Counted from the first letter of the stretch, positions 19,662-29,859 are shown. The stretch is 64,000 nucleotides of DNA from Parasphingorhabdus sp. (GCF_039939955.1 NZ_JBDVHS010000006.1:62580-126579), one strand, 5' to 3'. A program made the numbers and translations. Notes: generated by a model from the letters alone, not told the origin.

Positions 19662-20623
19662 TTCGGTGCAGCCACCTCCGCGATTACGCTCTGGATCCAG
19701 TCGTCAATATCCCGAGCGACCTGCGCCGGCGTTTCTTCCATCGGAAGATGTCCAGCATCTGCATAGGTGATCAGCTTGCTTCCCGGAATTGCGGCTTCAA
19801 AAGCCTTTGCATGGGACATAGGAATGATCTTGTCATGCTCCCCCCAAAGCAGCAATACGGGCATTTGCAGTGTGCCAACTTCCTCCCATTTCTCCGGTTC
19901 TCGCGGTGTTTTTCCTCGATCCACCGCCGCTTTTCGATTGCCGGGGAAGCGCAGCAATTCCCAATAGCGATCAACCAGTTCGTCCGTCAGCCGTTCGGAT
20001 TGCGCAAAATTCTCTTCCAAGGATGACCTAACCAAAGAACGCGGAGTGATTTCGGGGAGCAACATTTGCCCGATTGATGAGCGCGCCAGTCGAGCGGCGA
20101 GATAAGGTTGTATTTTTTCCTCTACCTGCGCGCCCGATGCATCAATCAAAACCAGTCCTGAAATCCGCTCCGGAACCGACAAACCAGCCCTCCAGGACAG
20201 CCAGCCGCCCATACTGTTGCCAACCCAATAAGCCTTATCGACACCCACTTTATCGAGCACTTGAACTGCCGCTGCTATATTGGTTTCGGCATCATAGGCA
20301 CCGGTCGGATTGGGACCCGTGAGCCCGTGACCGTAAAGGTCCAGCGAAATCAGGCGATATTGATCGCCGAGCAAAGCCACTAGGGGTTCCCACGTTTGCA
20401 GCAAACTGTTCGATCCATGGATCAGCAGAAGCGCCGGCCCATCTTTGTTGCCCTCATCCCGATAATGGATCTTGGCTCCATGACCGTCGTCAAGAAACTG
20501 CGAAGCTTCATTTCCATATTTGGCGATCATCTCGGCGCGATCGGTATCGGGCGTACGGAAAATCAAGAAAGCGGCCCCCAACAAAACCAGCAGCAACAGA
20601 ATGATACGGATCGTCTTTTTCAT
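19658..20623 (-). CDS. Alpha/beta fold hydrolase with N-terminal anchor
   Basis: LIHGS, GNSMGG, GHLPMEE. Start placed at MKKTIR. Confidence 0.9.
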   Translation of the reverse strand: MKKTIRIILLLLVLLGAAFLIFRTPDTDRAEMIAKYGNEASQFLDDGHGAKIHYRDEGNKDGPALLLIHGSNSLLQTWEPLVALLGDQYRLISLDLYGHGLTGPNPTGAYDAETNIAAAVQVLDKVGVDKAYWVGNSMGGWLSWRAGLSVPERISGLVLIDASGAQVEEKIQPYLAARLARSSIGQMLLPEITPRSLVRSSLEENFAQSERLTDELVDRYWELLRFPGNRKAAVDRGKTPREPEKWEEVGTLQMPVLLLWGEHDKIIPMSHAKAFEAAIPGSKLITYADAGHLPMEETPAQVARDIDDWIQSVIAEVAAPN

Positions 20624-20682
20624 GGGCTCACCTCTATTTCGACGGACTTTTTCTACCGAATATGTATCAAAACGCAAATGAC

Positions 20683-21228
20683 CTAGTCTCCCGCCTTCCA
20701 TTCTCCGAGGGGCAAACCTTCAAGCGACCACTCTCCTATGCTCCATCGCACCAGCCGCAATGTTGGATGGCCCACAGCAGCCGTCATCCGGCGGACTTGG
20801 CGGTTCCGGCCTTCCCTAATCGTGAGCTTAAGCCAGCAATCTGGTACACTCTTGCGCACCCGAATAGGCGGATCGCGCGGCCACAGGTCGGGTTCGGAAA
20901 TTCGTTCGACTTGGGCGGGCTTTGTCATGCCGTCTTTCAATTCCACGCCCCGCTGCAGCGTCAATAGGCTCTCGTCCTCAACATCGCCTTCAACTTGCAC
21001 CAGATAGGTTTTCGGCGTCTTGTATTTGGGGTCAGCGATCCTCGCCTGCAATTTTCCATCTTCGGTCAGCAGCATCAGTCCTTCACTGTCCCGGTCCAAC
21101 CGGCCAGCCGGGTAGACCCCAGGCAGATCGATAAAGTCAGAAAGCGTTGCTCGCATGGTTTCACTGCCGCGATCAGTGAATTGCGGCAACACGCCAAAGG
21201 GTTTGTTGAAAAGGATCAATTTGCTCAT
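20683..21228 (-). CDS. rluE: rRNA pseudouridine synthase, RluE-like
   Basis: [27 protein letters not shown]. Confidence 0.88.
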   Translation of the reverse strand: MSKLILFNKPFGVLPQFTDRGSETMRATLSDFIDLPGVYPAGRLDRDSEGLMLLTEDGKLQARIADPKYKTPKTYLVQVEGDVEDESLLTLQRGVELKDGMTKPAQVERISEPDLWPRDPPIRVRKSVPDCWLKLTIREGRNRQVRRMTAAVGHPTLRLVRWSIGEWSLEGLPLGEWKAGD

Positions 21229-21351
21229 TCCTCTCTTTGCCAGCGGCGGTCAGAATGAGCAATGCAACAAGCGTGCTGCGAACAAAACTACATATCCGTC
21301 AGATAATCAGTGTCAGTATAGCTACCGGTTCCAAAGGAATATGTGTAACGC

Positions 21352-22506
21352 ATGCTGATGCAATTTGATAATTTCAATACCGACATGTTCCTGCGGGATT
21401 ATTGGCAAAAACGCCCGCTGTTGATCAAAAATCCGTGGCGATCCTGGCGCAATCCGTTGTCGCCGGACGAGTTGGGCGGACTAGCTTGCGAAGACCATGT
21501 GGAATCACGCTTGATCACCCAATCAAGCGACGATTGGAACGCCGAACATGGCCCCCTTCCCGAGGCGCGTTTTGGCGAGCTTGGAAAAACACCATGGACG
21601 TTGCTGGTTCAGGCGGTTGATCATCATGTTCCCGATGTCGCTGCGCTAATCGAGCCCTTTCGCTTCATTCCCAATTGGCGGATCGATGATGTGATGGTCA
21701 GCTACGCAAGCGATGGCGGCGGCGTGGGCCCGCATTTTGACCATTATGACGTATTCCTAGTCCAAGGTCTTGGTAAGCGTAGATGGCAAATCGGTAAAAT
21801 GTGCGACGATCAAACTGCCCTGCGTTCGCACGAAGATTTGTTACTGCTCGCAGATTTTGAAGTGGTAGATGAATGGATATTGGAACCGGGGGACATGCTC
21901 TACATTCCGCCTGGCATTGCGCATAATGGCGTCGCCATTGGCGAGGACTGCATGACCTATAGCATCGGTTTTCGTTCGCCGTCCCGCAAAGAACTAATCG
22001 GAAACTGGTGTGACGTTATGCTGCCTGAGTTGACCGATGACGATCGATATTCCGATCCCGATTTAACGGCCCAACAGAATCCCGGAGAAATATCCGCCGC
22101 CGCCGTCGAACGGCTACACGCGATGTTGACCGAGAAGTTCGCCGATCGCGCCGCTTTCGCACGATGGTTTGGGACATATAGCAGTACGCCGCGCTATCCA
22201 GAAACGGACTGGCGGCCAGAAAAGTTCATCGAAATCGAACAAATGCAAGATCTGCTGTCTGCCAAGCATCCGCTGCTCCGCAACCCGGCCAGCCGCTTTT
22301 CTTTCATTCGCGAGGGCAATGATAAGCTGCTGCTATTTGTGGATGGGGAATGTTTCCCTTGTGTGGATGAAGCAATCAAACTCGCTGAAATGCTGTGCGC
22401 AGAAGATCAGTGTATCGTCGATCCCGAACGGTCGAGGTCGGATGATGTCGTGGCACTGGTGACCGAACTATATAATCGGGGCAGCCTCGCCTTCGATTGG
22501 GGTTAG
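21352..22506 (+). CDS. roxA: JmjC-domain ribosomal oxygenase RoxA/YcfD-like
   Basis: WTLLVQAV, WRIDDVMVSY, GPHFDHYDVF, LEPGDMLYIPPGIAH. Confidence 0.85.
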   Translation: MLMQFDNFNTDMFLRDYWQKRPLLIKNPWRSWRNPLSPDELGGLACEDHVESRLITQSSDDWNAEHGPLPEARFGELGKTPWTLLVQAVDHHVPDVAALIEPFRFIPNWRIDDVMVSYASDGGGVGPHFDHYDVFLVQGLGKRRWQIGKMCDDQTALRSHEDLLLLADFEVVDEWILEPGDMLYIPPGIAHNGVAIGEDCMTYSIGFRSPSRKELIGNWCDVMLPELTDDDRYSDPDLTAQQNPGEISAAAVERLHAMLTEKFADRAAFARWFGTYSSTPRYPETDWRPEKFIEIEQMQDLLSAKHPLLRNPASRFSFIREGNDKLLLFVDGECFPCVDEAIKLAEMLCAEDQCIVDPERSRSDDVVALVTELYNRGSLAFDWG

Positions 22507-22525
22507 GCACAGAGTGCTGACACAT

Positions 22526-22565
22526 AAAAAAGGGGCGAGAATGCCAAGCATCCCCGCCCTTTTTT
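22526..22565 (-). terminator. Intrinsic terminator between convergent roxA and csp (likely bidirectional)
   Basis: AAAAAAGGGGCG...CGCCCTTTTTT hairpin with A/T tracts on both sides. Confidence 0.8.
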
Positions 22566-22581
22566 GTTCGGTATGTCCGGC

Positions 22582-22788
22582 TTATGCCTGCTGTAGGTTT
22601 ACAGCGGCTTTCTTGCCATTATTTCCGGTTTCAACATCATATGTAAGACGTTGTTCTTTTTCGAGCGTCTGCATTCCAGCAGCCTGAACTGCTGTAATGT
22701 GTACGAAGCTATCATCACCACCATCTTCAGGGGCAATGAAACCATAGCCCTTGTCGGTGTTGAAAAATTTTACGGTGCCTGTTGGCAT
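22582..22788 (-). CDS. cspA: Cold-shock protein
   Basis: GTVKFFNTDKGYGFI, FVHITA. Confidence 0.93.
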   Translation of the reverse strand: MPTGTVKFFNTDKGYGFIAPEDGGDDSFVHITAVQAAGMQTLEKEQRLTYDVETGNNGKKAAVNLQQA

Positions 22789-23023
22789 AGTCTTATTCCT
22801 ATTCATAACTTAATTATGCCCGATCATGCAAAATGCAGAACCGAACGGGAGTGGCCAACTTCGAGAAATGGGAAAAAGAGGATGCGACCGTAAGGGTTGC
22901 GAAATCTAGATTTCTTCGTAACGCGAGTTATTAGCTATCGCTCCTATAACAACCTAATCATGAATAAGCAAATAGATGCATTTCAAAGGTTTCATGGCCA
23001 GAAGAAATTGTGTAGCAATAGCG

Positions 23024-23668
23024 ATGATGAACAAGTCCATTTTGATCCACTCGGCAACGTTTTTTCTATGCATCCCATTGATTGCATGCGATTCATCTCC
23101 TGCTTCTGCACCAGAACCATCCCCACAGGATTTGTTTTTTGAACGGCTGAGCCTGCTCTGCGGCAAGGCTTATGCAGGAATATTGGTTTCCGAGCAGAAA
23201 GCCGATGCAGACATGGCCGGCAAGCCTATGATCATGCACGCGGCATCCTGTGATCTAAACGAAATCCAAATTCCTTTCCATATCGCCGAGGGCCCGAGCG
23301 AGTGGAACCGGTCGCGCACCTGGATTATCACCCGTACGGATCAGGGGCTTCGGTTAAAGCACCGTCATCGGCATCAAGATGGCAGTTTGGACAAGGTCAC
23401 CAACTATGGCGGTGATACGTATAGCGACGGCACAGCCGAACGACAGGAGTTTCCGGTCGATGCAGAATCCATCGCTTCGTTCAAGGCCAATAACCTCGAT
23501 CAATCAGTGACCAATATCTGGGCAATCGAAGTAAGCGAACCCGGCCAAGGCGATGCCAAATTTGCATATGAGTTACGCCGTCCACAATCGGCCGGCGGCC
23601 GTCATTTCCGTGTCGAGTTTGATCTGTCAAAATCTATCGCTACCCCGCCCGCTCCTTGGGGAGATTAA
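23024..23668 (+). CDS. Hypothetical lipoprotein
   Basis: Signal peptide with LIAC lipobox. SRTWIIT...LRLKHRHRH motif. Confidence 0.7.
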   Translation: MMNKSILIHSATFFLCIPLIACDSSPASAPEPSPQDLFFERLSLLCGKAYAGILVSEQKADADMAGKPMIMHAASCDLNEIQIPFHIAEGPSEWNRSRTWIITRTDQGLRLKHRHRHQDGSLDKVTNYGGDTYSDGTAERQEFPVDAESIASFKANNLDQSVTNIWAIEVSEPGQGDAKFAYELRRPQSAGGRHFRVEFDLSKSIATPPAPWGD

Positions 23669-23674
23669 ACCAAT

Positions 23675-24103
23675 ATGCTGGCACAGCTAGCCGTCGGAAC
23701 AACTATGATCCTGTTGACCGTACTAATCCACGGGGTCGGGATTTTTGGCTTAGGCCGATGGCTGCGGATCGAGGCGCGTGAGGAAGCAGAAGAAAATATC
23801 CATCCGATGTCCCTACGCGGAATTGCCGTAACCCTGGGCCTCGTGCTGGGCCTCTTCGTGCTCCACGGAATCGAAATTTGGTCCTATGCTGTGGTGTACC
23901 GGCTCGTCGATGCGATCCCGACTTTCGATCAAGCCATTTATTTCTCAACCATCACCTATTCGACCACCGGTTATAATAGTGAGGGCCTATCACTCGACTG
24001 GCAGATGGTCGCCGCGATAGAGGGATTAAACGGTTTCATCCTGCTGGGTTGGTCTACGGCATTTTTCGTCACCGTTATCGCTCGAATGAGGAACAGCAGA
24101 TGA
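23675..24103 (+). CDS. Small potassium-channel-like protein (Ion_trans_2)
   Basis: TM helices flanking pore helix AIYFSTITYSTTGYN. EGLNGFILLGWSTA. Confidence 0.75.
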   Translation: MLAQLAVGTTMILLTVLIHGVGIFGLGRWLRIEAREEAEENIHPMSLRGIAVTLGLVLGLFVLHGIEIWSYAVVYRLVDAIPTFDQAIYFSTITYSTTGYNSEGLSLDWQMVAAIEGLNGFILLGWSTAFFVTVIARMRNSR

Positions 24104-24528
24104 CCACAACCGAAAGTTCAACGCGTCGCTTTTTCCGTTGGTTGCTGGCAATATTCTACCTGCTGGCCGGTATCGCCCATATCCGCTCGCCCGGCGGCTT
24201 CCTTGCCATAACCCCCGATTGGGTGCCGTTTCCAGAACAGGTCATTCTGCTCACGGGCGTTGCAGAGATCGTCGGGGCAATCGGACTACTGGTTCCAACC
24301 AAAACCATTCCCTACGCCCGCTATGCCGCAGGTATTGGCCTCGCGCTCTATGCGCTCTGTGTCTATCCCGCGAATATCAACCATGCGATCAACAATATCG
24401 CGGTCGGCGGAGAGACCGCGAGTTGGCTCTATCATGGGCCTCGCCTTGCCTTCCAACCGATATTCATCTGGTGGGCGCTGATCGCTGGAGGCGTCACCAA
24501 CTGGCCGTTTCAGACCAAAAAACGGTGA
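24100..24528 (+). CDS. DoxX-like membrane protein
   Basis: AGIAH, TGVAEIVGA, VYPANI, RLAFQP. Confidence 0.75.
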   Translation: MTTTESSTRRFFRWLLAIFYLLAGIAHIRSPGGFLAITPDWVPFPEQVILLTGVAEIVGAIGLLVPTKTIPYARYAAGIGLALYALCVYPANINHAINNIAVGGETASWLYHGPRLAFQPIFIWWALIAGGVTNWPFQTKKR

Positions 24529-24597
24529 ACCTGCCCAAAAGAGCCCATTCATGCTATGATGCTGTTCGCAAATTTAGGAACGGCTAGGGAGGATGAA

Positions 24598-24750
24598 ATG
24601 GAAAAGCATGGCGATCAGATCGAAGTAAGCGAGCGCGAAGCAAGCAACAAACCGCGCGGGCCTCATGGCGTTAGAATTGTATTAGCAACCTCGTTGCTGC
24701 TTGCGATAGCGGTAATGTCGCTAGTCTGGATCATTCCAGCGCTAAGCTGA
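24598..24750 (+). CDS. Small single-TM hypothetical protein
   Basis: SD AGGGAGG upstream, 50 aa with C-terminal TM helix. Confidence 0.55.
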   Translation: MEKHGDQIEVSEREASNKPRGPHGVRIVLATSLLLAIAVMSLVWIIPALS

Positions 24751-24841
24751 ATAGCGGCAAGATATTCAAAACTAGGATCAACAGCGGTCTTTCTGGAGAA
24801 TACCGTGCCACCATAGAATCGCATTAATCAGAGCTTATTGA

Positions 24842-25273
24842 TCAGCGACGGCCACGGCCGGTGCCGGTATTGGGAGAACCGCGTGAACTACCGCCGGAAC
24901 TCGAACTATTGCCAGCAGAGCCAGCAGAGCCAGCATCGCCGCTCGAGCTGCTACTTCCAGACGAGGTTGAACTGCTACCGCTGCTACCAGAGCTGCTACC
25001 AACCGAAGAGCTTGAACCGCCTCCAGTCGGACCGCCAGTTGAGCCACTACCTGAAGATGATGATGGGCCATTGCCCTCCGCACCGCCTACATTTCCTGCA
25101 ATGTCCGCGCACTCGCCAGCCAAACAGGCTTCAACATTTGTCATAGTGTTGTCGACTGCTTCACCAGTGCCTGTAAGAGCAACTACCAGACCGACGCCAA
25201 TAAGCGCGGCCAGCAAACCATATTCAATGGCCGAGGCGCCAGAGCTATCCTTCATGATTTTTTTGATGACCAT
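24842..25273 (-). CDS. Flp family type IVb pilin with Gly/Ser-rich C-terminal extension
   Basis: Prepilin motif DSSG|ASAIEYGLLAALI, then CLAGEC and an ~80 aa G/S tail. Confidence 0.85.
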   Translation of the reverse strand: MVIKKIMKDSSGASAIEYGLLAALIGVGLVVALTGTGEAVDNTMTNVEACLAGECADIAGNVGGAEGNGPSSSSGSGSTGGPTGGGSSSSVGSSSGSSGSSSTSSGSSSSSGDAGSAGSAGNSSSSGGSSRGSPNTGTGRGRR

Positions 25274-25466
25274 AGCCCGTTCCTCTATCCATCTTCCCGC
25301 TCGGCAGAGTGGATAAATAAACAGAAAATGGCTAAAATTCGTTTAATGATGCCGTATCACCGATCTTAGGCAGTTTCTTGAAATATGAAGTCGACCATCA
25401 ATGGCGCCATATGCACAGGGACAGGATAAGCACTGTTCCATCACTAGGGTTTCCCGTCATGATTAA

Positions 25467-25482
25467 TGTAAATATATTTACA
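25467..25482. promoter_or_regulatory. Perfect 16-bp palindrome TGTAAATATATTTACA upstream of aceA (candidate operator)
   Basis: Self-complementary, located in the AT-rich flp/aceA intergenic region. Confidence 0.6.
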
Positions 25483-25642
25483 AATATACATCGGAAAAAC
25501 GAATTTCCCTGACATTCCGACTCGAAAATTGACAAAAATCTATAGCGCAATTCCCTAAACCCGGCCAAACATTGTCCCAGAAGCTGCAAATAAATTGACA
25601 GCATAACGGATAACCACCTCCCCCAGTTTAAGGAAGAAGCCT

Positions 25643-27235
25643 ATGTCCTATCAAGATTTCAAGAATTCTGCAGATAACCTTATCAGCAGCCAGAACGGCG
25701 CATGGAGCGGTATTGATTCTGAATCAGTCGCCCGGATGCAGTTGCAGAACCGGTTTAAGACTGGCCTCGACGTTGCTAAATATACCGCAGCAATCATGCG
25801 CGAAGACATGGCTGCCTATGATGCAGACAGCTCACAATATACCCAATCACTGGGTTGCTGGCACGGATTTATCGCGCAGCAGAAGATGATTTCGATCAAG
25901 AAGCATTTCGGCAATACCAAACGCCGCTATCTCTATCTGTCCGGTTGGATGGTCGCCGCACTGCGCAGCGAATTTGGCCCTCTGCCCGACCAGTCGATGC
26001 ATGAGAAAACTTCGGTACCTGCGTTGATCGAAGAGCTATATACATTCCTCCGTCAGGCTGACTCCCGTGAACTCAACCTGTTGTTCCGCGACATTGATGC
26101 GGCACGCGAAGCGGGTGATGCAGCGGCAGAAAAAGCCGCCATGGACAAGGTCGAAAATTTCCAGACCCATGTTGTTCCGATCATCGCCGATATTGACGCT
26201 GGTTTTGGTAATGCGGAAGCCACTTACTTGCTCGCCAAGAAAATGATCGAAGCGGGCGCCTGTGCTTTGCAAATCGAGAACCAAGTGTCGGACGAGAAAC
26301 AATGCGGTCACCAAGACGGCAAGGTTACCGTGCCACATGAAGACTTTATCGCAAAGATCCGGGCCTGCCGCTATGCCTTTCTTGAGCTGGGCGTAACCGA
26401 TGGCATCATCGTCACCCGTACCGACTCACTCGGCGCTGGCCTGACCAAGCAGATTGCGGTTTCCAACGAACCTGGTGATCTGGGTGACCAATATAACAGC
26501 TTCCTCGATTGCGAAGAAATTGATCCGGCCACCGCGCAAAATGGCGATGTCATCCTCAATCGTGATGGCAAGTTGATGCGTCCTAAGCGGCTTCCTTCGA
26601 ACCTGTTCCAGTTCAAACCGGGTACCGGCGAAGATCGTTGCGTTCTCGACAGCATCACCTCGCTGCAAAATGGTGCTGACCTACTCTGGATCGAAACCGA
26701 AAAGCCTCATGTTGAACAGATTGCTGGCATGATGGACCGGGTACGTGAAGTCGTTCCAAACGCGAAATTGGTTTACAACAACTCACCTTCGTTCAACTGG
26801 ACCCTGAACTTCCGCCAGCAGGTCTATGATGCGATGGCTGCAGAAGGCCTTGATGTTACGGGATATAATCGGGACGATCTGATGGATGCCAAATATGATG
26901 ATACCGAGCTGGGTGAAGCGGCTGACAAACGCATCCGTACATTCCAGGCCGATGGTTCGAAGCGCGCCGGCATTTTCCATCACTTGATCACTCTGCCAAC
27001 CTATCACACCGCCGCATTGTCGACCGACAACCTCGCCAAGGAATATTTCGGTGACGCTGGCATGCTGGGCTACGTTCTTGGCGTGCAGCGCAAAGAAATT
27101 CGCGAAGGCATTGCCTGTGTGAAACATCAAAACATGTCGGGCAGCGACATTGGTGATGATCACAAGGAATATTTCGCTGGTGACGCCGCTCTAAAAGCTG
27201 GCGGCGCGCATAACACGATGAACCAATTTGGGTAA
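25643..27235 (+). CDS. aceA: Isocitrate lyase
   Basis: YLSGWMVAA, IIADIDAGFG, catalytic KQCGH, WIETEKP. Confidence 0.97.
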   Translation: MSYQDFKNSADNLISSQNGAWSGIDSESVARMQLQNRFKTGLDVAKYTAAIMREDMAAYDADSSQYTQSLGCWHGFIAQQKMISIKKHFGNTKRRYLYLSGWMVAALRSEFGPLPDQSMHEKTSVPALIEELYTFLRQADSRELNLLFRDIDAAREAGDAAAEKAAMDKVENFQTHVVPIIADIDAGFGNAEATYLLAKKMIEAGACALQIENQVSDEKQCGHQDGKVTVPHEDFIAKIRACRYAFLELGVTDGIIVTRTDSLGAGLTKQIAVSNEPGDLGDQYNSFLDCEEIDPATAQNGDVILNRDGKLMRPKRLPSNLFQFKPGTGEDRCVLDSITSLQNGADLLWIETEKPHVEQIAGMMDRVREVVPNAKLVYNNSPSFNWTLNFRQQVYDAMAAEGLDVTGYNRDDLMDAKYDDTELGEAADKRIRTFQADGSKRAGIFHHLITLPTYHTAALSTDNLAKEYFGDAGMLGYVLGVQRKEIREGIACVKHQNMSGSDIGDDHKEYFAGDAALKAGGAHNTMNQFG

Positions 27236-27309
27236 TTCAGAATAGGTCGGGTGCTCCCACCCCTTTCGGGGCACCCGATCAAACCAGTTTTCCTGGGGAG
27301 GAAAAAACT

Positions 27310-27340
27310 ATCCGTCGGCAGCAATGTCGGCGGATTTTTT
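27310..27340 (+). terminator. Intrinsic terminator after aceA
   Basis: ATCCGTCGGCA-GCAA-TGTCGGCGGAT followed by a T-tract. Confidence 0.8.
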
Positions 27341-27434
27341 CTGTGTAAACAAATGTCCTCAACGCTATCGGGGTTGATCACATTGGGTTAAGACTATTGG
27401 CTCTAATATTGAATCAATCGTAAAAGGGGACAGC

Positions 27435-28910
27435 ATGACATTACGGAAATCCGGTTCTGTATTGGCATTGGCAGCTTTGTTAGCATCCTGTGGCAGCGGT
27501 AGCGGCAGCAACAACAATGTCAGCCTGCCCGGTGGTGGTGGAGCAAGCCCGACACCCTCACCGACCAGCACGGCCTGTTCGCTACGCAACCGACAGCTAT
27601 GGGCCTTTGATCAGATCAACGAATGGTATCTGTTTCCGGAAACACTTCCGGCTAGCCTTGATCCCGCGCCTTATAGCTCCGTACAAGATTATATTGACGC
27701 GCTTACCGCCACGGCGCGGGGCCAAGGCCGCGACCGGTTCTTCACCTATATTACCTCCATTGCAGAGGAGAACGCCTTCCTCAACTCCGGCGCGACAGCA
27801 GGCTTCGGGATACGATTGAACTATGACAGTAGCGCATCGCGGGTATTCATTCTTGATGCCTTCGAAGGCGCTCCCGCTCTTGCTGCCGGACTTGACCGCG
27901 GCGGCGAGCTATTGGCGATCGGGACCAGCACAGCCAATTTGCAAACCGTCACGTCACTCTTTGCCCAAGGCGGCGCGGGAGCGGTTAGTGATGCACTTGG
28001 GCCATCAACCGAAGGCACCAGCCGCGTTCTGCGCTTTCGTGACGCTGCGGGCGTAGAGACCACCACGACGATCAGCAAGGCCAACTATGCGATCCAGCCA
28101 GTCTCGCCGCGCTATGGCGTGCAGATCATCGACAATGGTGGCACCCAGGTTGGCTATGTCAACCTGCGCACTTTTATCGATAGTGCCGAGCAGCAATTGC
28201 GTGATGCGTTCTTGCAGTTCCGCAACGCTGGCGTGACCGAACTGGTCATCGACCTGCGCTATAATGGCGGCGGACTGGTGCGGACCGCTGAATTGTTCAA
28301 CGACCTGTTAGGCCGAGAGCGCTTTACCAATCAAGTGCAGTCGATCACCCGTTTCCGCGCTAGCAAGTCTTCACAAAACGAAACCCGCAATTTCCAACCG
28401 CGAACGGAGTCCGTCGCACCAACACGGATTGCCTTCATCACCACGGGTAGCTCGGCTTCGGCCAGCGAATTGGTGATCAACGCGATGATCCCCTATCATG
28501 ACGCCAATATGGCGTTGGTTGGCAGTGACACATTTGGCAAGCCGGTTGGCCAGATCGGGCTGGACCGCGCCGCCTGTGATGACCGGATCCGGATCCTCGC
28601 CTTTGCCACCGAAAATGCCGATGGCAATGCCAATTATTTTGACGGTCTAGCCAGCTCGCTCACCAACAGCTGCCAGGCAGCCGATGATATCAGCCGGCCG
28701 CTGGGCGACCCTGCCGAAGCATCGACGGCCAGCGCGCTCGGTTTTCTCTCTGGCGCTGCCTGCACGCCGATCAGCGGCGTGCTCGATGGCGCAATCGCCA
28801 GCACCAGCCGGGCTCCGACCGGACGCAGCCAAGCGCTTTCCGAGCCGCGCGAGCTGCTGATGCCAGCACAGCCAACCCCGGCCCAGCGCGAGGTTCCGGG
28901 ATCATTCTGA
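27435..28910 (+). CDS. S41 family peptidase lipoprotein (PDZ + tail-specific protease domain)
   Basis: Lipobox LLASC, IDLRYNGGG, SASASELV, TFGK. Confidence 0.88.
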   Translation: MTLRKSGSVLALAALLASCGSGSGSNNNVSLPGGGGASPTPSPTSTACSLRNRQLWAFDQINEWYLFPETLPASLDPAPYSSVQDYIDALTATARGQGRDRFFTYITSIAEENAFLNSGATAGFGIRLNYDSSASRVFILDAFEGAPALAAGLDRGGELLAIGTSTANLQTVTSLFAQGGAGAVSDALGPSTEGTSRVLRFRDAAGVETTTTISKANYAIQPVSPRYGVQIIDNGGTQVGYVNLRTFIDSAEQQLRDAFLQFRNAGVTELVIDLRYNGGGLVRTAELFNDLLGRERFTNQVQSITRFRASKSSQNETRNFQPRTESVAPTRIAFITTGSSASASELVINAMIPYHDANMALVGSDTFGKPVGQIGLDRAACDDRIRILAFATENADGNANYFDGLASSLTNSCQAADDISRPLGDPAEASTASALGFLSGAACTPISGVLDGAIASTSRAPTGRSQALSEPRELLMPAQPTPAQREVPGSF

Positions 28911-28917
28911 CGCGGCA

Positions 28918-29349
28918 ATGGAGCTGACCGATCACCAATTGATGGAGGCCAGCCTTGAAGCGCTCGCCCCGCGTTATGACGGCATGGCGGCCGAACTGTT
29001 CGACCGCTATATCGCCGGTCACCCGCACTATGCCGCCGCCTTCCTCAATCCCGCAGCCGCGCAGGAGCGGATGACGCGAGAGACGCTGGAGGTGATGCTC
29101 GGTCTCGCAGCAGACGAAAATTGGGTTGATCACACCGTCACCAATTTCATCGACCTGCATCACAATTATGCCGACTTCACCCCCCAAGATTATGCCATCT
29201 GGTTCGCGCTGGTGATCGAGACCATGGCCCGCCGTACCGGTGCCGATTGGCCCGAAGGTGCCAGCGCCGCATGGCAGCGACAGGCCGATGGACTGGTCGC
29301 CAAAGTCGCCGCGGTCGAGCGCAATGATGAGGTTCCGACGCGGTCATAA
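28918..29349 (+). CDS. Single-domain globin-like protein
   Basis: Globin helix pattern (SL..., LF..HP..F) and candidate proximal His in DLHHNY. Confidence 0.6.
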   Translation: MELTDHQLMEASLEALAPRYDGMAAELFDRYIAGHPHYAAAFLNPAAAQERMTRETLEVMLGLAADENWVDHTVTNFIDLHHNYADFTPQDYAIWFALVIETMARRTGADWPEGASAAWQRQADGLVAKVAAVERNDEVPTRS

Positions 29350-29352
29350 GTT

Positions 29353-29859
29353 TCACCCCGCCCCATAGAATAAGGGATGAAAGGCCACCACGGCCTTCGG
29401 TTCCTGCACCCGCAACGGGAGTATCTGATAATAAGCGGCTGGCTCGCCTTCGGGGCAAAGGTCGGAAAATATCCGAAAGCCGAAGCGGCTGTAATAGGCC
29501 GGATTGCCGGTCAGCACACAGCCTGCCGCATCCCGTTCCCGCAGCATCGCGATGCCCGTTTCGATCAGCTGGCTGCCGATATGCTGCGCCTGCAAGTCCG
29601 GTTCCACCGCCACCGGCCCCAGCGTGTACCAGCCCGGCGACCCGTCGGCGGCGAAGGCCTCGGTAAAGGTCACCTGCCCGACCACCGCGCCGTCTTGCTC
29701 CGCCACCAATGAGATTGCCAGCGCTCCGGCATCGCGAAAGCGGTCGATCAGATCCTGCTCATTGCCGTCGGCAAAGTCCATCGGCGCAAAGGCGCGTTTG
29801 GTGATATGATAGATCGCAGCCTGATCAGCGGGCTTTTCCGGGCGAATGACAAGGCTCAT
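29353..29859 (-). CDS. GNAT acetyltransferase (YhbS-like)
   Basis: IRPEKPAD, LGPVAVEPDLQAQHIGS, GNPAYYSRFGF. True start MSLVIR overlaps the DUF1772 stop. Confidence 0.88.
   Translation of the reverse strand: MSLVIRPEKPADQAAIYHITKRAFAPMDFADGNEQDLIDRFRDAGALAISLVAEQDGAVVGQVTFTEAFAADGSPGWYTLGPVAVEPDLQAQHIGSQLIETGIAMLRERDAAGCVLTGNPAYYSRFGFRIFSDLCPEGEPAAYYQILPLRVQEPKAVVAFHPLFYGAG

Noticed and set aside
24900-25070. Short tandem DNA repeats as an independent element
   Set aside because: Explained by the Gly/Ser codons of the pilin tail.
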